The notes below the pieces were generated by a model. That model did no database searches and was not told the origin of the DNA. It worked only from the letters and a program-made list of their open reading frames with translations. A stretch of 64,000 nucleotides of DNA from a virus: IMG/VR virus record IMGVR_UViG_3300025012_000047, positions 1-64,000 of that record; one strand, written 5' to 3'. Each line of letters opens with the position of its first letter. The stretch's first letter is position 1. This document shows, one piece after another, positions 19,944 through 31,559 of the stretch. A program made the position numbers and the translations under genes.

Positions 19944-21565
19944 ATGGCATATGAATTAAGACCATATCAATTAGAATCAGTAGAAGCAGTTAAAAATCTA
20001 CAACCAAATTTTAATGGTATATTATCATTGAGCACAGGTACAGGTAAGACGGTAATAATGGCATCAATTGCAAATGAAGTAAAAACTCGTTGTTTGATTG
20101 TTGTTCAATCTAAGGAACTTCGTGATCAGACAAAGGAGAAACTTCATAATACAAATCCTAATTTAGACGTTGGATTAGTTCAAGCATCATTAAATCAAAT
20201 ATCCAATAAGGTGGTTATAGCTACTAGACAGTCACTCAGTAGTGCCAAATCAACTAGATTAGAAAGAATGTCAGAATATGGTGATTTTGAATTGGTTTTC
20301 TTTGATGAATGTCATGTGGCAATTGGACAAATTAAAAAGATACTAGATAAACTTAATCCTAATATAAAAGTTATTGGTCTCAGTGCTACACCAATAGCCC
20401 AAGATATGAAAAAAGTTTTTCATAGATAATTCCATGAAAAGGGTTTATTGGAAATGATTAATAGTAAATATCTTTGCGAACCTAAAGCAATTTATGTGTA
20501 TTCAGATGTTGATTTGTCCAATGTAAAAACAGTAGCAGGTGAATTTAACCAAAGACAACTAGAAGACGCAGTAAACACTGAAAATAGAAATGATATAATC
20601 ACAGATGCTTATATTAAATATGCTTCTGATAGGAAATCAACAATTGTATTTGCATCAGGTATTGCTCATGCAAGAGATATTTGTCAAAGTTTTAAAGATA
20701 AAAATATTGTTTGTGATTATATTGATTCTACAATTGAGGACACTCAAAGAGAATTGGTGATTAGTAATTTTAAATCAGGTAAACTTCCTGTGATTGTAAA
20801 TGTAGGTGTGCTAACTACGGGCTTTGATTTTGAACCAACTGACTGTATACTGATGTGTCGGCCAACAAAATCTAAAATACTCTATACTCAAATAATTGGT
20901 CGTGGACTCAGAACATCAGAAGGAAAATCTAACTGTCTAATAATTGATGTTGTCGATATTGTACGTAAACATGACTTAATGACAATGACTGATATTTTTG
21001 GTGTAGAAATTAAAGATCAAGAAACATTAACTGAAGCAATAGAACATGAAGAAAAAAATAAGGCAGAGAAATTAGAAAGAGAAGAATTAGCAAAACAAAA
21101 AGAAATTGAGAGATTAGCATTAATTGCAGAAGAGTTGAAACTATTCAAAATAAATATGAGTGAATATTTTGCTGAAAGTTATTATGATTGGTATAAATGT
21201 GATAGAGATACATTCGCACTATCTATAAACTCTGATTTACATCATGTAATTTATAAGAATCTACAAGAGAATATATTTGAACTGTACATAGTAGACACCA
21301 CAAATAAAGTTAATAGAAAAGAATATGTGTCTGAAGATGATAATTTAATAAATCTTATCGAAGAAGCAGAAAAATATGCTTCAAGAAAATATTCTACATT
21401 CCTAGACAGAAAAACAAAACAGTAATATAAACCTGCAACTCAGAAACAATTAGAATGGCTAAAATCTCAATGGTGGGTGAATGGTAAGGTATTGAGAACT
21501 AAGTTTGATGTTCATACTGTTGTAAAAGCAAATAAGATTAGTTGGATATTGAAAAGAAGAAATAA
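19944..21565 (+). pseudogene. SF2 DExH helicase (Irc3/YejH-like) interrupted by two in-frame TAA codons
   Basis: STGTGKT, DECH, SAT, TGFD and QIIGRGLR all in one frame; TAA at 20427 and 21423; frame continues YKPATQKQLEWL to 21565. Confidence 0.75.
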
Positions 21566-21597
21566 TATATAATATAGTATAGAAGGAGATAAATAGA

Positions 21598-23007
21598 ATG
21601 ATAAAGAAAGTATTTTTAGGAGATTTGCCAAAGAAATTAGGAGTTGGTGCTAATGCAAATAAAGAATGTATAGATTGGAATAAAAGTGTTGGATATAAAG
21701 TTAAGTTTATTTACGATGACATTGAAGACTATGTAGAAATAGTTAATCAATATAAAAAATTGGGTCAGAACTATTTAGAGATTAAATATAATGATAGAAT
21801 TGTACATATAAGTGCATATGGGTTTTCTAAATGTTCCATAGGTAATGTATTAAATAAATATGTCACTAGCTATAAATATAATATCAATAGTGTAATTAAT
21901 TTAAAATTTAGTGATATACAAATATTAGAACAAATTAAAATACCTCGTAAAAATGATGAGTTAAAAGGATATAAGTATAAATGTTTAAATTGTGGTAATG
22001 AAGATGTTATGAGTGAGAATCACTTAGATAGAGGCAGAGGTTGTAATGTATGTTGCGTTCCTTCAAAAAAGATTTTAATTGGATATAACGACTTATGGGC
22101 AACTCATCCTCATATAGCAAAACTACTTAAAGACACACAAGAAGGATATGAAATTACTCAAGGAAGTGATAAGTACAAAACATATATTTGTCCAGATTGT
22201 GACTATGAAAAATCTTATATTGCTCATAATTTAATTGTTTTTGGTTTTAGTTGTCCAAGGTGTGGGGATAAAATATCTTTTGGTAACAAGGTTGGATTTA
22301 GTTTGTTAGAGCAGTTAGGGGTTGATTTTATACCTGAATACAGTTTTCATGATTATAGATTTGATTTTTATTTTGAATTTAAAAATGTAAAATATAATTT
22401 AGAAATGGATGGTCGTCTTGGACATGGAAATACTAATACATTAACTAAACAATCTGCACAAGAAACAAAAGAATATGATGAAATAAGAGATCGTTTTTCA
22501 AATAAGTATGAAATAGAAGTAATAAGAATTGATTGCTTGAAAAGTAATTTAAATTTTATAAAGGAAAATATTATGCAGAGCAAATTAAAGGACTTATTCG
22601 ACTTATCAATTATAGATTGGAGTAAATGTGAAGAGTATGTTAATAAAGTTCTAATTAAAACAGCTTGTGATCATTGGAATAGTGGTATAAAAAATAGCCC
22701 AAAGATAGCAAAAGTAATGGGTTTAGCTAATACTACAGTTGTTTCCTATCTTAATAGGGGCGTAGAATTAGGACTTTGTGATTATAATAAAAATAGAAGA
22801 AAGATAATTCAATTATCTAAAGACAATAGTTTTATAAAAGAATGGGATGGTATTGCACAAACTGAAAGAGAATTAGATATTAATAATATTAGTTATTGTT
22901 GCTGGAAACATAATAATGATAAAACAGCAGGTGGTTTCAAGTGGATGTACAAAGAAGATTATGATCTATTACATACTACATCTAACCCACAACCCATACA
23001 AAACTAA
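21598..23007 (+). CDS. Homing-endonuclease-like protein (zinc ribbons, PD-(D/E)xK/Vsr-like nuclease, NUMOD1)
   Basis: Multiple CxxC, YRFDFYF...LEMDG.LGH, TAGGFKWMY. Confidence 0.75.
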   Translation: MIKKVFLGDLPKKLGVGANANKECIDWNKSVGYKVKFIYDDIEDYVEIVNQYKKLGQNYLEIKYNDRIVHISAYGFSKCSIGNVLNKYVTSYKYNINSVINLKFSDIQILEQIKIPRKNDELKGYKYKCLNCGNEDVMSENHLDRGRGCNVCCVPSKKILIGYNDLWATHPHIAKLLKDTQEGYEITQGSDKYKTYICPDCDYEKSYIAHNLIVFGFSCPRCGDKISFGNKVGFSLLEQLGVDFIPEYSFHDYRFDFYFEFKNVKYNLEMDGRLGHGNTNTLTKQSAQETKEYDEIRDRFSNKYEIEVIRIDCLKSNLNFIKENIMQSKLKDLFDLSIIDWSKCEEYVNKVLIKTACDHWNSGIKNSPKIAKVMGLANTTVVSYLNRGVELGLCDYNKNRRKIIQLSKDNSFIKEWDGIAQTERELDINNISYCCWKHNNDKTAGGFKWMYKEDYDLLHTTSNPQPIQN

Positions 23008-23138
23008 TAAATAATTAAACTTGCATTATTACCACCAATATGCTATAATCATCTTAGAGGTAGGAGGGGTACATTTTACATATCAATAAAAATCATCCCT
23101 CCTACTATACCCTATATAGAAAAGAGGTGAAAATATAA

Positions 23139-23345
23139 ATGGAATACATAGTCATAGATAATCTTGTGAAAGTAACTATTGGACTGTCCTTAATTGTAAC
23201 CAGTGGTGTTTTATTAATTACTATATTAAAAATATGGGAGAAAGCATTTGATCTAGGTTTGCAAATGTTTAATATGAAAAAGGAATTTTTTGATTTTATT
23301 ATTAAGAAGTATCGTGCTAAGAATGTAAAAATGAAGATGGAATAG
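23139..23345 (+). CDS. Small membrane protein
   Basis: One hydrophobic helix; GAGGTG RBS; TTGCAT-17 bp-TATAAT promoter at 23021-23049. Confidence 0.6.
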   Translation: MEYIVIDNLVKVTIGLSLIVTSGVLLITILKIWEKAFDLGLQMFNMKKEFFDFIIKKYRAKNVKMKME

Positions 23346-23440
23346 CATACAAAACACAAAACTAAAATATAATTTATTATTTGCACAAATACTATATCCA
23401 TGATATAATAATTACATAGAGAGGAGGTGGATATAAAAAT

Positions 23441-23776
23441 ATGTTTCATAAAAACCACATCAACAGCAACTTTGAAAATCTCCCAGAAGTAAAAGAACTA
23501 ATTAAAGTATTTAAAAGCAATAACTACGCATTATGGGATTGTAGCAATAATGGCCTAAGAATGCAAAAACATTTCACAGAAATTCATTTGATTCCAGAAG
23601 ATAATAGATTAAGATTATGTATTCATGATGATGGAATGGGAGAAGAAATGACAAACGTAGCATGGAATTTAGGTAAAGAAATTGTACTTAAACATGGATA
23701 TAAGCAAGGTGTAAATATTCTAGATGGAAATAATGGATTTATTGAGCATGAAAGTGAATTTTATAAGGGATTGTAG
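23441..23776 (+). CDS. Hypothetical protein
   Basis: GGAGG RBS; promoter TTGCAC-17 bp-TATAAT at 23381-23409. Confidence 0.7.
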   Translation: MFHKNHINSNFENLPEVKELIKVFKSNNYALWDCSNNGLRMQKHFTEIHLIPEDNRLRLCIHDDGMGEEMTNVAWNLGKEIVLKHGYKQGVNILDGNNGFIEHESEFYKGL

Positions 23777-23930
23777 ATGTGATTTGTGATTATTATGGTA
23801 TTTAATATATGAAAGGATGTGAGAAAGAGTTTTTAAATACATAGCAGTTTATTATGTTGAATAGTAATTGAATTTGTACGATAAGTTTTATACATAAGGA
23901 AAACTAAAAAATAATTAAAACAACTCCATA

Positions 23931-24028
23931 TTTCAATTCTAAGCGTTTTAAATCTAATACCCTAACACTTATACTATAAATATATTCAAACATCTTAGAA
24001 GTGCCTTCTCGTGTCTTAGAATTGATTT
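23931..24028. repeat. Dispersed ~90-bp element with TCTAAG/CTTAGA boxes, also present in the early region
   Basis: Reverse complement matches 7885-7920 and 8790-8818; related copies at 5846, 10080 and 12451. Confidence 0.6.
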
Positions 24029-24087
24029 TAATCAATTGATACATAAACATTAATAAAATAATTTAAAATAAGAAAGAGGTAAATAAA

Positions 24088-24480
24088 ATGAAAACTATAT
24101 ACCTAAATGGTAAACTTATTCTCGATGAAACAAATACATCAAAAATGAATTACATAATCAAAGATTCAATAACAAATGTGGAAACATCAATAACCAATAT
24201 TCTAGAAGAAATATTTAATAGAGATGTATCAGTTAGTAAATTAATAAGAGTAATTGGCAGAGTATATGATAGCCAAATTTCATTTAATGGTATGGGTAAT
24301 TTACATATGTGCAGAGATAAATCACATAATATTGAAGGATATTGTATTGGAAGGATGCAGTTAGAAAATCGTTTATTTGAAAATATTGGGGAGGACTTGG
24401 AATTCTTATTGGAAGATTACACTAGTTTTGAAATTGTGGAGGAATTAATGGGTAATGACAAAGCAAAAAGTATTTCATAA
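24088..24480 (+). CDS. Hypothetical protein
   Basis: ORF with GAGG RBS. Confidence 0.7.
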   Translation: MKTIYLNGKLILDETNTSKMNYIIKDSITNVETSITNILEEIFNRDVSVSKLIRVIGRVYDSQISFNGMGNLHMCRDKSHNIEGYCIGRMQLENRLFENIGEDLEFLLEDYTSFEIVEELMGNDKAKSIS

Positions 24481-24652
24481 GGAGGCAGAGGATAATAATG
24501 ATTTAGATTATATTAGTGAAAACTGTAATAATTGTAAAGAAGAATTAATTAGAGTTGAAGATATTTTTGTTGGAGAAAATAATAATTATTATTGTGAAGA
24601 TTGTGCTAAGTATAATAATATTAGGGTAGTGGAATGTAAGGAAATATATTAG
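24455..24652 (+). CDS. Small zinc-finger protein
   Basis: CNNC...CEDC. Confidence 0.6.
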   Translation: MTKQKVFHKEAEDNNDLDYISENCNNCKEELIRVEDIFVGENNNYYCEDCAKYNNIRVVECKEIY

Positions 24653-24815
24653 AAAGGAATATAATAATGAAATTTATTTACTATATAATACATACTTTTA
24701 CAGGTTGTGATAATAAAGATTTAGATTGGTTTAAAACTCATAAGGGAACTTGTAGGAAGTGTGGTAGAGTTTATTTTGGTTGGAATAGTTAGAAGTAATA
24801 AATTGAAAGGGGTTA

Positions 24816-25400
24816 ATGATGGAAAATAAAGTAATAAATTCCGCAGAGAGAGAGAGAGAGTAAAGGTAAATATAATATAATTTATGCAGATCCACCTTGG
24901 AGCTATAAAGACAAAGCACTTGCGGGCAATAGGGGGCAGGTTGCAAATATGATGTAATGGATTCTAAAGATATTGTAAATCTGCCTATAAAAGAATTGTC
25001 AGCAGATGATTGTGTTTTGTTTATGTGGGTGACAATGCCAAAACTTAATGAATGTTTTGATGTAATTAAAGCATGGGGATTTGAATATAAGACTTGTGCA
25101 TTTACGTGGGTAAAGAAAAATAAAAAAGCTGATAGTTGGTTTTGGGGAATGGGTAGATGGACTAGGGCAAATGCTGAAATTTGTTTATTGGCAACAAGAG
25201 GTAAACCAAAAAGAATGTCGGCTAGTGTTCATTCAGTAATAGATGAAAGGATAGAGCAACATAGTAAGAAGCCAGATATTGTGAGAGATAAGATAATTGA
25301 ATTATGTGGAGATTTACCAAGAGTGGAATTGTTCGCTAGACAAAAGGCAGAAGGATGGTCTTCATGGGGAAATGAAATTGAATCAGATATACATATATAA
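24816..25400 (+). pseudogene. MT-A70 family adenine methyltransferase, out of frame at an (AG)8 tract and a G5 tract (phase-variable OFF or decayed)
   Basis: MMENKVINSAERERE*; IIYADPPW in the +1 frame; LFMWVT, HSKKP and ELFAR downstream. Confidence 0.75.
24845..24860 (+). repeat. (AG)8 simple sequence repeat in the MTase 5' end
   Basis: Seen directly. Confidence 0.95.
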
Positions 25401-25436
25401 CAGTTTGTAATAAATAATAAAGGAGTGTAACAATCG

Positions 25437-26138
25437 ATGGTGGAAGATATGGTAAATCAAATTTTCGGAAGGTTAACTGTGTTACAAAGAGTTGAAAATA
25501 AAATATATAAAAATTCACAACACTCACAATGGTTATGTGAATGTTCTTGTGATAATAAAACTCAAATAAAAGTTACTAGAGATAGTTTAAAATCTAGTAA
25601 TACAAAATCATGTGGTTGTTTACAAACAGAAATTCAGAGAGAACGTGCAATTAATCGCAATACTACACATGGGTATGGAAATTCACGAATATATAAGACC
25701 TTAAAAAATATGAAAAGAAGGTGCTATAATCCTAAATGTGAAGCATATAAAGATTATGGAGGAAGAGGAATAATTGTTTGTGAAGAATGGTTGAACAACA
25801 TTGAATCATTTTATAACTGGGCAATAAGTAATGGCTACGATGATAATCTCACAATTGAAAGAATTGATGTAAATGGTAATTATAGTCCAGAAAATTGTTG
25901 TTGGATACCGCAATCTAAACAAAACCTCAATCGTCGCAATAGTATAAATATCACTATTGATAATATTACAAAAAATTTAGTTGATTGGGCAAAAGAGTTT
26001 AATATAAATCAAAATACTATCAAGGGGAGATACCAACAAGGAGTCCCAATAGAAGATTTATTTAAACCAATTAATAAAAGTAAAAGCCGAATAAAGACGA
26101 ATATTTGTCAAACAGACGCTGTATTGGAAGTGGTTTAG
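25437..26138 (+). CDS. HNH-type homing-endonuclease-like protein
   Basis: FGRLTV, WLCECSC, TKSCGC, YGGRGI.VCEEW, TIERIDVNGNYSPENC. Confidence 0.8.
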   Translation: MVEDMVNQIFGRLTVLQRVENKIYKNSQHSQWLCECSCDNKTQIKVTRDSLKSSNTKSCGCLQTEIQRERAINRNTTHGYGNSRIYKTLKNMKRRCYNPKCEAYKDYGGRGIIVCEEWLNNIESFYNWAISNGYDDNLTIERIDVNGNYSPENCCWIPQSKQNLNRRNSINITIDNITKNLVDWAKEFNINQNTIKGRYQQGVPIEDLFKPINKSKSRIKTNICQTDAVLEVV

Positions 26139-26219
26139 TTTGAGATACATGGGTGGTAAGTCGAAATTGTCTGGTCGAATATCAAGTTATATTAATAATA
26201 TCATAGAGGAGGAATTAAT

Positions 26220-26987
<768 letters not shown>

Positions 26988-27110
26988 TACTACAAAAGGT
27001 GAGTTTTAAGGGATAATATAGTTTGAAAAACGTAGTATATAAGAGCATATGGAAGTATGAGTGAGATAATTATTAAGGTTTGCTACCAAATAGCAAGAAG
27101 GAGAAATAAT

Positions 27111-27551
27111 ATGATTGATAAAAACTTTATAATTACAGAACTAGACTTAGATGAATTAGAAGTTGACTTACAAGAAAGAATAGAAGAATTTATTGAAGAA
27201 AAGTTAGGAGTATTAGCATCCAGACAAACAGAAGTATCAGTTGAGTATCAAGAATATATGGATGAAGGTATGAGATGTTTTAAGGATGAAATGAGATGTG
27301 AATTGTTTGTAGAGGTTAAGTTTAATCAGTATAAATATACACTTAAACCAGAGTATGGTGAACAAATAGAGAGCATTGGTGCTGTATTTGAGTATAAAGG
27401 GCAGAAACCATTCTATATTGATGGTAAATTTGTAAGTAGAAGTGTATTTGAGTGGACACAAGGTATGGTTAGTCAAAAGAGTGATGTAATTTATGGAGTA
27501 AAGAAGAATGAATTGTATGATATGATTCAGGATTTGATTATGGATTGTTAG
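27111..27551 (+). CDS. Hypothetical acidic protein
   Basis: AAGGAG RBS before ATG 27111. Confidence 0.65.
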   Translation: MIDKNFIITELDLDELEVDLQERIEEFIEEKLGVLASRQTEVSVEYQEYMDEGMRCFKDEMRCELFVEVKFNQYKYTLKPEYGEQIESIGAVFEYKGQKPFYIDGKFVSRSVFEWTQGMVSQKSDVIYGVKKNELYDMIQDLIMDC

Positions 27552-27652
27552 GATTTAGTAGGATAAATAATAAGTAGGGAGTGTAAAAACTCCCTAACCT
27601 TAAATTAATAAATAATTATTATAATAATAAAATAAATAGGAGGAAATAATAA

Positions 27653-28654
27653 TTGGGAGTAAAATTACAGTCTACAGATATATATAAACAGAAAGTTTTT
27701 GCAAAGCGTGGTGATAAGGTTGAGATATTGAGTGAATATCTAGGAGGTACAGAACCAATAGATTTTGTTTATCATTGTGAAAAACATGGCGATACATATA
27801 AGACTTTAAATGCTAAGAATGTATTAGCAAGTTGTTTTCAACCTTGTAAACAATGTGATATTGAATTGAAAAGTTCGAAGGGCAAAAGTAAAAACATGAA
27901 TAAAGATTATCAATATAATAGACTAAAACAATTTTGTGAATCTAAAGGAGGTAAATTAATAAGTACAGTATGGACTATTGCTAAAGATACATATGAAATT
28001 CATTGCGGAAATCCTGAACATCCGAATTTCTTTAGCAATGCAGACGGAGTATTGAATAGTGCAGAAAATTGGTGTCCGTATTGCTGTGGTAGAAAAGGTA
28101 ACTTTGAGAAAGAAATAACAGATATCATAAATAGTAAAAATGGCATATTGCTTACTCCTTATAAATTATCTACAGAACATGTATCTATTAAATGTAATAT
28201 ACATAATTATATTTGGCCTATGATGCCATTGAACATAAAGAAAGGTAGGTGGTGTCCGGTATGTAATTTGCCATATTCAGAAAAAGTTCCTTATGACTAT
28301 CTTGTAGATAATTATCCGAGTTACAATATTAGAGTACAATATACTTTTGATGATTTGATGGGAGAAAACGGAGAACATTTAAAATATGATTTAGGAATAT
28401 TAGATGATACTGATAAATTGTTAGGCATAGTAGAAATAGATGACGATGAACATAGATACAATCATACACAACCAAGAAGAGTAAAAGCAAGAGAAAGAGA
28501 TAAAACAAAGGATAAATATTGTAAAGATAACAATATACCATTGTTTAGACTTGAATATTATAATGGTAGGAAAATGTTCAAAGATCGTGACTGGTACTAT
28601 AATTACATACATAAAAATTTGAATGAGTTCCTTAATTCTATAATTAATAAATAA
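27653..28654 (+). CDS. Homing-endonuclease-like protein (zinc ribbons plus PD-(D/E)xK/Vsr-like nuclease)
   Basis: WCPYC/WCPVC repeats; LKYDLGI...VEIDDDEH...DKTKDKYC. Confidence 0.75.
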   Translation: MGVKLQSTDIYKQKVFAKRGDKVEILSEYLGGTEPIDFVYHCEKHGDTYKTLNAKNVLASCFQPCKQCDIELKSSKGKSKNMNKDYQYNRLKQFCESKGGKLISTVWTIAKDTYEIHCGNPEHPNFFSNADGVLNSAENWCPYCCGRKGNFEKEITDIINSKNGILLTPYKLSTEHVSIKCNIHNYIWPMMPLNIKKGRWCPVCNLPYSEKVPYDYLVDNYPSYNIRVQYTFDDLMGENGEHLKYDLGILDDTDKLLGIVEIDDDEHRYNHTQPRRVKARERDKTKDKYCKDNNIPLFRLEYYNGRKMFKDRDWYYNYIHKNLNEFLNSIINK

Positions 28655-28670
28655 TTTATTAAAAAGGAGA

Positions 28671-31298
28671 GTGGAAAATATTAGTTTAAATAAACAAATA
28701 CATATTTATAGTGTCGATACGAGTTGTTTTTATAATAAAAGAGAAATGAAGATACATAATAAATTAAACGAATTATATAGGTATAGAAATGAATTAAATT
28801 TATTAAAAACAAAATTTAAAGACAATGATATTGAAGCAAAAGAATTAGATGAATATATTGCTGATATAAATAGATCAATTAAATACAATAAAGAAGGAAT
28901 ATATTCTATTTTTAGTCAACATAAAGGAATTAGAAAGTTAAATACTAATTCCTTTAATGAAAAAAATATAATCTCAGTATTTGATTCTGTGCTAACTAGA
29001 ACTATACAAATACCAGAAAATAATTTATCAACCGATTTTATAATTGTTCAAACATATTTTTTTGATGTGATTGAGGATATAATCCTTGATGGGTTCATGT
29101 ATAAAAAAGATAAATATGTTTGTCTTACAGCTAGTGCAGGACAAATACGAACCAAAAAGACAGTTTTTGTTAGAGAAAGGGTTTTAAATAAATATCAGAA
29201 TACCCTTATGTGTGGATTAAATATTAATAAGATTAATGAATTTGGTGGAGTAAATATTAATAAATATTTAGCGTACTTAGCTCTAAGCAATAGTGCAACA
29301 GATGCTTGGGAAGATTTTGATATTACTAAATCAATAGTTGTTGAAGATTTTGAAACCAACATTAGCGGTTTAGTAGATATAATTAATGATAAAACATATA
29401 CAATAGTAAGAGATGTAATAGCCGTACCAGTTACTCATACTGATGGGTGTGGAATTTGTTTACCAAAAGTAAGTAAGAAGAACATGATGGTCAGATTGCC
29501 ATGGATAAAAGGGTTAATTTCTCCATTTTCTTATGATATTTTTATAAAAGAAGCAAATAAATTAAATCCAGAGAAAAATCATGGAATTGTAAAAGATATT
29601 TACAATAAAGAACACGATATTATAAAAGAAGGGATAGAAATTATTTTTACAAAAAGTCAATTTAAGATGTGGAAATATTATAAGAGTTGGGAAGATTATA
29701 TACGTTATTATAATTTATATAATTGTCAAGCAGGAAAATGTAATGAGGAGGAAGACGAATTTTCAGATGCGAAAATAAATTACCAAATGTTACAAACTCT
29801 TATTGATATGTCTGATGAGGAATTAAAAACTTTAAGTGTAAAAACAATATATAATATACGCAATATTGGTAAGGATAGAAAGACAATGCTTAAGGTGTTA
29901 GGCGTAAAAAAATCTAATTTAAAGAAAAACTATTTCCAACAAGCTTTAGATGTTTATCCTGAATTATTAAATGATACATATAGCAAACAAATTTTAAGAG
30001 AAACTAAAAAGAGTATGGTTAAAGAGGCCAGAGCAGGGAAACTTGAGTTGATGTCTTCATATACATTTATTATTCCTGATTTATATGCTTTTTGTGAGAA
30101 TTTATTTTTAGGAGAAAATAAACCAAGGGGTTTACTAGGAGATGGAGAAGTACATTGCAAAATATATAAGGGGGTAGATAAATTAGATTGTTTGAGAAGT
30201 CCACATTTATTTAGAGAACATGCTGTACGAAATAATGTGATAGATGAAGCAAAAAACAAATGGTTTATCACAAATGGATTATATACTAGTTGCCATGATT
30301 TAATAAGTAAAATTTTACAATTTGACGTAGATGGGGATAAAAGTCTTGTCGTAGCTGATAATAATTTAGTTGAAATATCTGAAAGAAACATGGAAGGTAT
30401 AGTTCCTTTGTATTATAAGATGAAAAAAGCAGAAGCAGAATTAATAACAAATGAAAGTATATATAATGGTTTAAAAACTGCTTATACAGGTGGAAATATT
30501 GGAATGAAAAGTAATGATGTCACAAAAATATGGAATAGTGAAAATGTCAATTCTGATGCCATAGAAGCAATTAAATTATTGTGTATGGAAAATAACTTTA
30601 CAATAGATTATGCAAAAACTTTGTATAAACCAAACAGACCGAAAAACAAAAAAGAATTAATAACCAAATACACAAAGTCAAAAACACCACATTTTTTTAT
30701 TTATGCTAAAGACAAAATAAAGGATAAAGTTGAGAAAAAGAACAATAGTGTTGTGAATAGATTGGAAAAAATAATACCAAATCCAAATATTAAATTTTCT
30801 TCAACTAATATTGGGAAATTTAATTATAAGATGCTTTTAAAGAATAGGAGTATTGAATTAGATAAAACGATAATAGACAAATATATTGAATTAGATTTGA
30901 AAAAGCATTTTATAATTAATAAAAATGGTAATGATGGGAAGATTGGAAATATTTTATATTTGTATAAACTTATCAGATATGAAATTTTAAAAATTAATGA
31001 TGATATTGATTATGTTACAGATGTTCTTGTAGAATATTTATACAAGCACAAGGAATCTAATTATAAAACAACGCTATGGGAGTGTTTTGGAGACATTATA
31101 GTTAATAATTTGAAAAACAATATCGGTCATACGATTATTTGTGACATTTGTGGAAAAAGAATACGTCCATCTAATCTAACTCATAAATATTGCAAGGAAT
31201 GTGCAAAGGAAATTCATCAAGAACAAGAAAAGAATAATGCTAAATTGAGAATGAGGAAGATGAGAGAGAAAAATGTTACGCAAACGGAAAATCTCTAA
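28671..31298 (+). CDS. yonO: YonO-like single-subunit (two-barrel) DNA-dependent RNA polymerase
   Basis: SAGQIRTKK, HTDGCG, RLPWIKG, RSPHLFREH and catalytic FDVDGD; SPbeta synteny; true start may be ATT 28680. Confidence 0.9.
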   Translation: MENISLNKQIHIYSVDTSCFYNKREMKIHNKLNELYRYRNELNLLKTKFKDNDIEAKELDEYIADINRSIKYNKEGIYSIFSQHKGIRKLNTNSFNEKNIISVFDSVLTRTIQIPENNLSTDFIIVQTYFFDVIEDIILDGFMYKKDKYVCLTASAGQIRTKKTVFVRERVLNKYQNTLMCGLNINKINEFGGVNINKYLAYLALSNSATDAWEDFDITKSIVVEDFETNISGLVDIINDKTYTIVRDVIAVPVTHTDGCGICLPKVSKKNMMVRLPWIKGLISPFSYDIFIKEANKLNPEKNHGIVKDIYNKEHDIIKEGIEIIFTKSQFKMWKYYKSWEDYIRYYNLYNCQAGKCNEEEDEFSDAKINYQMLQTLIDMSDEELKTLSVKTIYNIRNIGKDRKTMLKVLGVKKSNLKKNYFQQALDVYPELLNDTYSKQILRETKKSMVKEARAGKLELMSSYTFIIPDLYAFCENLFLGENKPRGLLGDGEVHCKIYKGVDKLDCLRSPHLFREHAVRNNVIDEAKNKWFITNGLYTSCHDLISKILQFDVDGDKSLVVADNNLVEISERNMEGIVPLYYKMKKAEAELITNESIYNGLKTAYTGGNIGMKSNDVTKIWNSENVNSDAIEAIKLLCMENNFTIDYAKTLYKPNRPKNKKELITKYTKSKTPHFFIYAKDKIKDKVEKKNNSVVNRLEKIIPNPNIKFSSTNIGKFNYKMLLKNRSIELDKTIIDKYIELDLKKHFIINKNGNDGKIGNILYLYKLIRYEILKINDDIDYVTDVLVEYLYKHKESNYKTTLWECFGDIIVNNLKNNIGHTIICDICGKRIRPSNLTHKYCKECAKEIHQEQEKNNAKLRMRKMREKNVTQTENL

Positions 31299-31559
31299 AC
31301 TCCTTGGTACAAGCGGATTACAGCGATTATGAAAAACTTTATAAAACTAAATAAGTACCTCAAACCCGCCTGTGCCAACGGTTTGATGGGTTTTTTCAAT
31401 AAATGTCTATAAAGGAAATGGTCTGATATACAAAGTTAAGAGATGTCGTACCCTAATCAACGTTTTATAAGATGTGGTCGATCATCTTATATAATGTAAC
31501 AAACAAAAACAAAAACAACAAATAAACTCCAAACTAAAAGGAGCATCAATAACAAAACA

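Noticed and set aside
19944-21565. Genome-wide TAA reassignment
   Set aside because: Capsid, TerL, portal, RNAP and HU all terminate at TAA at expected lengths
29954-30391. 145-aa minus-strand ORF and other short antisense or overlapping ORFs in the track (e.g. 2272, 3469, 9711, 22368, 23105, 32858, 46102)
   Set aside because: They overlap well-supported genes on the opposite strand or frame and show no motifs
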